Source of the DNA: an uncultured Actinomycetes bacterium
Lineage (GTDB): Bacteria; Actinomycetota; Thermoleophilia; UBA2241
Reading direction: 5' to 3'
DNA: 64,000 nt
Assembly (NCBI GenBank): GCA_963751565.1
Contig: CAVVVA010000002.1
Coordinates: forward strand, 198,904 to 262,903
Below, in pieces: positions 58,597 through 64,000 of the stretch. The notes beneath the pieces were generated by a model. That model was not told the origin of the DNA and made no database searches. It was given only the letters and a program-made list of their open reading frames with translations. Numbering within the stretch: position 1 is the stretch's first letter; each line of letters opens with the position of its first letter. The position numbers and the translations under genes were made by a program.

Positions 58597-58632
58597 GTAC
58601 CGATGAAGACCTTCTGCCGATGAAGACCTTCT
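58597..58632 (+). repeat. 17/18-bp tandem duplication spanning the ABC exporter start codon (cgatgaagaccttctgc cgatgaagaccttctgg), creating a 6-codon uORF MKTFCR*
   Basis: Seen directly in the sequence; the first copy's ATG is out of frame and terminates at the TGA that overlaps the true ATG. Confidence 0.6.
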
Positions 58633-60410
58633 GGCGCATCACCAGGCTGCTGGGCGACTACCCCTGGCTCGTGTTCGTGGGCTTCAGCACGGCCCTGCTG
58701 CAGATGGCGGCGACGCTCGCCATCCCGTGGCTCACGCGCGGGGTCATCAACAAGGCGCTCGCGCCCGGCAAGACGAGCGTGTTGATCTGGTACGGCCTCG
58801 CGCTGCTCGGAGTCGGCGCCGTGCGCTTCGGCTTCGCCATCGCCCGGCGCCTGTCGACCGGAAAGGTCAGCCTCGCCATCGAGTACGACCTGCGCAACAG
58901 GATGTGGGGTCATCTGCTGCGTCAGTCGTTCGGCTACTTCGACGGCTGGCCCACCGGACAGCTCATGTCGCGCGCCATGGCCGACATTCAGAACGTGCGC
59001 ATGTTCTTGGGCTACGGTCTCGTCTTCTTCACCACCAACGTGTTCTCGATGATCGCCGTCACGGTCCTGATGTTCGTACTGGACTGGCGGCTCGCCTTGC
59101 TCAGCCTGGCGTTCCTGCCGCTCCTGCTGATCGTCACCGTGCGGTTCAGCCGGCGCCTGCAGCCGATCCTGCGCGACGTTCAGCAGAAGATCGCCGACGT
59201 CACCGCGACCGCCGAGGAGAACGTGACCGGCTCGCGCATCGTGCGGATCTTCGCCCGTGAAGACGACGAGCTCGCCAAGTTCTCGGACCGCAGCACGCGC
59301 GTGTTCGAGGCCGAGGTGAGCGCCGCCCGCATCCGCGCCGTCTACGTGCCGCTGATCGGTTTCCTGCCCAATCTCGCGATCGTCGTCTTGCTGTACGTGG
59401 GCGGGCGCGCGGTCATCGACGGCAGCCTCAGCCTGGGCTCGCTCGTGGCCTTCTACAGCTACCTGATGCTGCTGATCTACCCGGCCCAGATGATCGGCTG
59501 GCTCATGGGCCTCGCCCAGCTCGCCATCGCCTCGGGGATCCGGGTGTACGAGATCCTCGACGCACCGCTCGAGATGGTCGAACGCCCGGACGCGACGGCC
59601 GTGCCCAGCGTCCGCGGCGAGGTGCGTTTCGAGAACGTGTCGTTTTCGTACGTCGACCGGCCGGTGCTCGAGAACGTCGACCTCGAAGTGCCGGCCGGAC
59701 ACACGATCGCGCTGGTGGGCCACACGGGCTGCGGCAAGACGACTCTGACCAACCTCGTGCCGCGTTTCTACGACGCCGGAGACGGCCGGGTGCTGATCGA
59801 CGGTCTCGACGTGCGCGACGCCCGCCTGGCCGACTTGCGCGGCCACATCGGCGTAGTGACCCAGGACCCGTTCCTGTTCTCGACGACCATCGCCGACAAC
59901 ATCCGCTTCGGCCGCCCGGGGGCGACCGACGAGCAGGTGCGTGAGGCGGCCGAGCGCGCCCAGGCCGCCGCGTTCATCGAGGCCCTGCCCGACGGCTACG
60001 AGACGATCGTCGGCGAGCGCGGCCTCACCCTGTCGGGCGGCCAGCGCCAGCGCGTCGCCATTGCCCGCGCGCTCGTCGTGGACCCACGCATCCTCATCCT
60101 CGACGACGCCACCTCGAGCGTCGACGCCGAGACCGAGTTCAAGATCAGGCGCGCGCTGGTGGAGGTCATGAAGGGTCGCACGACGTTCATCATCGCTCAC
60201 AGGCCGTCGACCATCTCGCTGGCCGAGGAGATCGTCGTAATGGACGAGGGGCGCATAGTCGAACGCGGCGTGCACAGCGAGCTGATCGCCGGCGACACGC
60301 TCTACCGGCGCATGTTCGGCGCCGCCGAGCGCGAAGGCACGACCCTCGACGCGGCCGACGACCTCGCCGGCGACGGGCGCGGCGCGCGGCGCGCGGACGA
60401 GGTGCGTTAG
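58620..60410 (+). CDS. ABC exporter (TMD-NBD half transporter), subunit 1: consensus signature, Walker B followed by Asp instead of Glu
   Basis: Six TM segments; GHTGCGKTT, LSGGQRQR, ILILDDATS, H-loop IAHR. Confidence 0.85.
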   Translation: MKTFWRITRLLGDYPWLVFVGFSTALLQMAATLAIPWLTRGVINKALAPGKTSVLIWYGLALLGVGAVRFGFAIARRLSTGKVSLAIEYDLRNRMWGHLLRQSFGYFDGWPTGQLMSRAMADIQNVRMFLGYGLVFFTTNVFSMIAVTVLMFVLDWRLALLSLAFLPLLLIVTVRFSRRLQPILRDVQQKIADVTATAEENVTGSRIVRIFAREDDELAKFSDRSTRVFEAEVSAARIRAVYVPLIGFLPNLAIVVLLYVGGRAVIDGSLSLGSLVAFYSYLMLLIYPAQMIGWLMGLAQLAIASGIRVYEILDAPLEMVERPDATAVPSVRGEVRFENVSFSYVDRPVLENVDLEVPAGHTIALVGHTGCGKTTLTNLVPRFYDAGDGRVLIDGLDVRDARLADLRGHIGVVTQDPFLFSTTIADNIRFGRPGATDEQVREAAERAQAAAFIEALPDGYETIVGERGLTLSGGQRQRVAIARALVVDPRILILDDATSSVDAETEFKIRRALVEVMKGRTTFIIAHRPSTISLAEEIVVMDEGRIVERGVHSELIAGDTLYRRMFGAAEREGTTLDAADDLAGDGRGARRADEVR

Positions 60411-60412
60411 CG

Positions 60413-62239
60413 ATGGCCTGGAGCGGGCGCCGGTCGGGCCCCCACGGCAGCGGCGCTGAGCTGCACGAGTTCCGGGGCTGGCGGACGTTCGTCCATCTGG
60501 CGCGCGAGCTCAAGCTCGCGCGCCTCGCTCGCCTCGCCTATCCGTATCGCGGCCGGGCCGCGCTCAGCATCGTGGCCATGGTGCTGGTAACGCTGACCGG
60601 CCTGGCGGTGCCCTACCTCGTCAAGATCGCCATCGACTCGGGCATTCAGAAGCGCGACCTGCACGTCGTCGACCTGGTCATCGTCGCCTTCCTTGTCGTC
60701 AACCTGCTGAACCTGGGCGCGAGCTACGTGCAGACCTACCTCGTGAGCTGGGTCGGCGAGCGCATCATCCTCGACCTGCGGCGCAACCTCTTCGCCCATC
60801 TCCAGAAGCTCTCTCTCGACTTCTTCAGCCGCCAGCGCACCGGCTGGATCGTGTCGCGTCTGACCAACGACATCGACGCCCTCGACCAGCTCGTCACCGA
60901 CGGCGTCACGTCGCTGATCACGAACGGTCTCACGATCGTGGGCGCCGCCGTCCTGCTGTTCGTGCTCTCCTCTCGCCTGGCGCTCGCCACGCTGGCGATC
61001 ATGCCGCTCCTGCTGATCGCCACGCTCAGGTTCCGCACGCGCTCGGCGCGCTCGTATGCGCTGGTACGCAACCGGATCGGCGACGTTGCGGCGCATCTCC
61101 AGGAGTCGATCTCCGGCATGCGCGTGCTCAAGGCCTTCCGCGCCGAGGACCGCGACATGAGAAACGAGGTCGGGGTCAACGCCGCCTACCGCGACGCGAA
61201 CATGCAGACGGTGGTCCAGAGCGGCCTCTACTTCCCGTTCGTCGAGCTGATGTCGGCGGTGGGCATTGTGATCGTCCTGTGGTACGGCGGGACGCTCGTC
61301 GTCGGCGGCGCCATCCAGGTCGGCGTCCTGGTCGCCTTCATCGGCTACCTGGGGAGCTTCTTCGACCCGATCCAGCAGCTCTCCCAGCTCTACAACACCT
61401 TCCAGTCGTCGATGGCGGCCGTGCAGAAGATCTACACCGTGCTCGACACCGAGCCCGACCTGACCGACGCCCCCGACGCGCGGCCGCTGCGGGACGTGCG
61501 CGGCCGTGTCGAGTTCGACCACGTGACCTTCGGCTACGGCGACGCCGACGACGTTCTGCACGACGTCGACTTCGCCGTCGAGCCAGGCGCCACCGTCGCT
61601 CTCGTCGGCACCACCGGAGCCGGAAAGTCGACGATCATCAAGCTGCTGGCGCGCTTCTACGACCCGCGCGGCGGCGCCGTGCGCATCGACGGCCTCGACC
61701 TGCGCAAGGCGACCACGAAATCGCTGCGCGAGCAGCTCGCGGTCGTGCCCCAGGAGGCGTTCCTGTTCACGGGCTCGATCCTCGACAACATCCGCTTCGG
61801 GCGCCCGGAGGCAAGCCGCGAGGAGGTGCGACGCATCGCCCGCATCGTCGGCGTTCACGACTTCGTCGAAGGGCTGCCGGAGGGGTACGACACCGACGTC
61901 CAGGAGGGCGGGAGCGCCCTGTCGACCGGGCAGCGCCAGCTCATCTCGTTCGCCCGGGCGCTCCTGGCCGATCCTCGCGTGTTGATCCTCGACGAGGCGA
62001 CCTCGAGCGTCGACGCCGAGAGCGAGCAGCGCATTTCGCGGGCCATGGACGTGCTCTTCAACGGCCGCACGTCGGTGATCGTCGCGCACCGCCTCAGCAC
62101 GGTGCGCTACGCCGACGAGATCCTGGTGATCGAGGAGGGCCGCATCGTCGAGCGCGGCAGCCACGACGAGCTCGTGCTCGCCGGCGGCCGCTACTTCAGC
62201 CTGTACCGCGAGTGGCAGGAGACGGGCAGGCCGGTGTGA
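60413..62239 (+). CDS. ABC exporter (TMD-NBD half transporter), subunit 2: degenerate signature LSTGQ, canonical Walker B Glu
   Basis: Six TM segments; GTTGAGKST, LSTGQRQL, LILDEATS; its start lies 2 nt after the subunit-1 stop. Confidence 0.85.
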   Translation: MAWSGRRSGPHGSGAELHEFRGWRTFVHLARELKLARLARLAYPYRGRAALSIVAMVLVTLTGLAVPYLVKIAIDSGIQKRDLHVVDLVIVAFLVVNLLNLGASYVQTYLVSWVGERIILDLRRNLFAHLQKLSLDFFSRQRTGWIVSRLTNDIDALDQLVTDGVTSLITNGLTIVGAAVLLFVLSSRLALATLAIMPLLLIATLRFRTRSARSYALVRNRIGDVAAHLQESISGMRVLKAFRAEDRDMRNEVGVNAAYRDANMQTVVQSGLYFPFVELMSAVGIVIVLWYGGTLVVGGAIQVGVLVAFIGYLGSFFDPIQQLSQLYNTFQSSMAAVQKIYTVLDTEPDLTDAPDARPLRDVRGRVEFDHVTFGYGDADDVLHDVDFAVEPGATVALVGTTGAGKSTIIKLLARFYDPRGGAVRIDGLDLRKATTKSLREQLAVVPQEAFLFTGSILDNIRFGRPEASREEVRRIARIVGVHDFVEGLPEGYDTDVQEGGSALSTGQRQLISFARALLADPRVLILDEATSSVDAESEQRISRAMDVLFNGRTSVIVAHRLSTVRYADEILVIEEGRIVERGSHDELVLAGGRYFSLYREWQETGRPV

Positions 62240-62279
62240 CGCGGCAGACCGGTGTGACGGCAGGCCCCCGAAGGCGGCG

Positions 62280-63722
62280 CTACGTCTCTGAGCGGTGGGG
62301 CGGTCGGGCCGCCGTCCAGGCGTCCATCGGCTCGAGACCGACGGGGGCGGCGGCGTCGCGCCGGGGCGGCCGCCCGAGAGCCGGCGCCGGGCGGCGACAG
62401 CGCACCCGCCTGATGTCGGGCAGCGCGATCTGCAGCACGGCCGAGGCGACCGTCGCCCCGCCGGCCACGGTGAACGAGCCGGCGATGCCGATGACCGCCG
62501 CGATCGGGCCGGCGACGAGCATGCCGAGCGGGTAGAAGGCCAGCGACCCCATCAGGTCGAAGGCCGACACGCGCGACAGCGCCTCGGGCGGGATCTGCTC
62601 CTGCAGCGTGGTCTCCCAGAGCACGTTGACCAGGGCCGCCGAGACGCCGCACAGAGCGGCGGCGGCGATCAGCGCCGGCGTGCCGTAGCCCAGGGCGAAG
62701 AAGGCAAACAGCGGCACCTCGAGCAGCGTGAGCCAGCCGCACAGCAGCAGCGGCCGCGCCGGTCGCAGGCGCAGGCCGCTGATCCCGCCGAACACCTGCC
62801 CCACGCCGAGCGACGCCAGGATGGCGCCCCAGGCGGCCGCCCCACCGAGGGAGTGATTGGCGACGTAGGGGCCGAGCACCATGAGCGGCGCGATGATCAG
62901 CAGGTGGAACACCGCCGCCTCGCAGACGACGACCCACAGCCAGGTGCGCGAGCGGAACTCCTGCCAGCCGTCGCGCAGGTCGCGCAGGAAGCCGCCGGTC
63001 CGCCCGCCGGACTCGCCGTGCGGCGGGGCGACGGCGCCGCCCGCGAGCCCCGCCGTGAGACCTGCCTCGGCGGCGGAAAGTGAGCCGGAGACCGTGGAGG
63101 CCGCCGGAACGAGCCCCCGCAGACCCCACAGGAACCCGGCGCTCACCAGGTAGGACAGGCTGTCGAGGCCGATCGCCCAGCCCGAGCCGATGGCCGCCAC
63201 CAGGATGCCGCCCATGGCGGCCCCCAGGGTGACGCCGAGGCTTTCGGCCAATCCCCGCAGGGCGTTGGCCTGTTGCAGCCGCTCGGCGCTGACCGTGTGC
63301 GGCGTGAGGCCGGTCTGCGCCGGCCGGAAGAAGGCCTCGGCGCTGCCGCGCACGAACTGCAGGGCGACGAGCTCCAAGATGGTGGCCCTGTGGGTGAGCA
63401 GCAGCCAGGCCATGACCGCCTGGCAGGCGAAGCGCACCACGTCGGAGACCAGCATGACCCACTGGCGCGGGAGGCGGTCGGCCCACACGCCGCCGACCAG
63501 CAGGAAGGCCACCAGCGGCACGAGACCCGCGGCCCCGACGATGCCGTAGTCGATGGCATAATGGTGGGGGCTGATCTCGAGCACGGCGAAAGCCAGCGCG
63601 ACCGTGGTGATCGAGCTGCCGATCAACGAGATGGTCTGGCCGGTGAAGAGCAGCCGGAAGTCCCGCTCGCGCAGGGCTCCGAACATGCCCGACTGTGAAC
63701 TGGCTACGCCCGCCTCCCTCAT
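62280..63722 (-). CDS. MFS transporter (paralog of the 3775..5028 gene)
   Basis: Same subfamily blocks (…RLPRQWVMLVSDVVRF…); start may instead be the internal ATG at about 63686. Confidence 0.8.
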   Translation of the reverse strand: MREAGVASSQSGMFGALRERDFRLLFTGQTISLIGSSITTVALAFAVLEISPHHYAIDYGIVGAAGLVPLVAFLLVGGVWADRLPRQWVMLVSDVVRFACQAVMAWLLLTHRATILELVALQFVRGSAEAFFRPAQTGLTPHTVSAERLQQANALRGLAESLGVTLGAAMGGILVAAIGSGWAIGLDSLSYLVSAGFLWGLRGLVPAASTVSGSLSAAEAGLTAGLAGGAVAPPHGESGGRTGGFLRDLRDGWQEFRSRTWLWVVVCEAAVFHLLIIAPLMVLGPYVANHSLGGAAAWGAILASLGVGQVFGGISGLRLRPARPLLLCGWLTLLEVPLFAFFALGYGTPALIAAAALCGVSAALVNVLWETTLQEQIPPEALSRVSAFDLMGSLAFYPLGMLVAGPIAAVIGIAGSFTVAGGATVASAVLQIALPDIRRVRCRRPAPALGRPPRRDAAAPVGLEPMDAWTAARPPHRSET

Positions 63723-63749
63723 TCCCGCACGGCGCCGCTGGCGGCTCCG

Positions 63750-64000
63750 CTACCCTTCTCCTAGTTTCGGCAGGACCCTCTCCAGTGATGAGGGAAGCCA
63801 CCAGTTGATCGACCCCACGAGCCGCATGGTCGCCGGCACGAGCAGGATGCGGATGATGGTCGCGTCCAGGGCGATCGCCACGGCGAGGCCCACGCCGATC
63901 GCTTTGGTGATGAGGATGCTGGTGGTGGCAAAGGAGCCGGCCACGATGACGATGATCAGGGCGGCGCTCGTGATGATCCTGCCTGTGCGCTCCAGGCCAA
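63750..64000 (-). CDS. MMPL/RND-superfamily transporter, C-terminal part (gene continues beyond the window)
   Basis: C-terminal TM region (…IALDATIIRILLVPATMRLVGSINWWLP…) typical of MmpL proteins; frame is open to the window edge. Confidence 0.6.
   Translation of the reverse strand, partial: GLERTGRIITSAALIIVIVAGSFATTSILITKAIGVGLAVAIALDATIIRILLVPATMRLVGSINWWLPSSLERVLPKLGEG

Overview
This is a 64-kb window from a high-GC genome, probably an actinobacterium or another high-GC Gram-positive-like taxon. There are no rRNA or tRNA genes and no CRISPR array. The coding content falls into six blocks. (1) 0-16 kb: core sulfur/cysteine genes (cysteine desulfurase, a Cys-rich Fe-S-domain protein, cysK), then transporters, a TelA/XpaC-like pair and three VOC/glyoxalase-fold genes. 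(2) About 16.1-35.3 kb: an accessory, mosaic region. Eight co-oriented remnants of the 3' end of a tyrosine-recombinase gene (they encode ...LGHSTIAITLDIYSHAIPAMQEEAAALIAGLVFA* or diverged versions) delimit cassettes. The cassettes carry an ABC-F ATPase, lipoproteins, small stress proteins (Hsp20, YeaQ/GlsB, LapA-like, FmdB zinc ribbon), an alpha/beta hydrolase, and an 8-kb block of four class-III nucleotide-cyclase genes: one zinc-ribbon+cyclase+STAND/AAA+TPR protein and three tandem alpha/beta-hydrolase-cyclase paralogs. (3) 35.5-39.6 kb: a TetR-MFS(DHA2)-SAM-methyltransferase-UBP-zinc-finger-MsrB block with ATGA-coupled genes. (4) 40-45 kb: a large FAD/Fe-S oxidase next to ArsR, and a glutaredoxin-fusion gene. 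(5) 45-54.2 kb: a DrrAB-like ABC-2 pair, then a translationally coupled operon ECF sigma - anti-sigma - fabZ-fabH-fabD-fabG-fabF-accD-accA with no acpP. (6) 54.3-64 kb: a Fur-family regulator with a nikMN(fusion)-Q-O nickel/cobalt ECF transporter whose ATPase ends in a poly-His tail, a GNAT gene, a heterodimeric ABC exporter pair with one consensus and one degenerate ATP site, an MFS paralog and a partial MMPL gene running off the window. The most unusual feature is the recombinase-remnant-delimited cassette array. All coordinates were hand-counted and may be off by 1-3 nt. Many start codons are inferred from RBS or overlap patterns.
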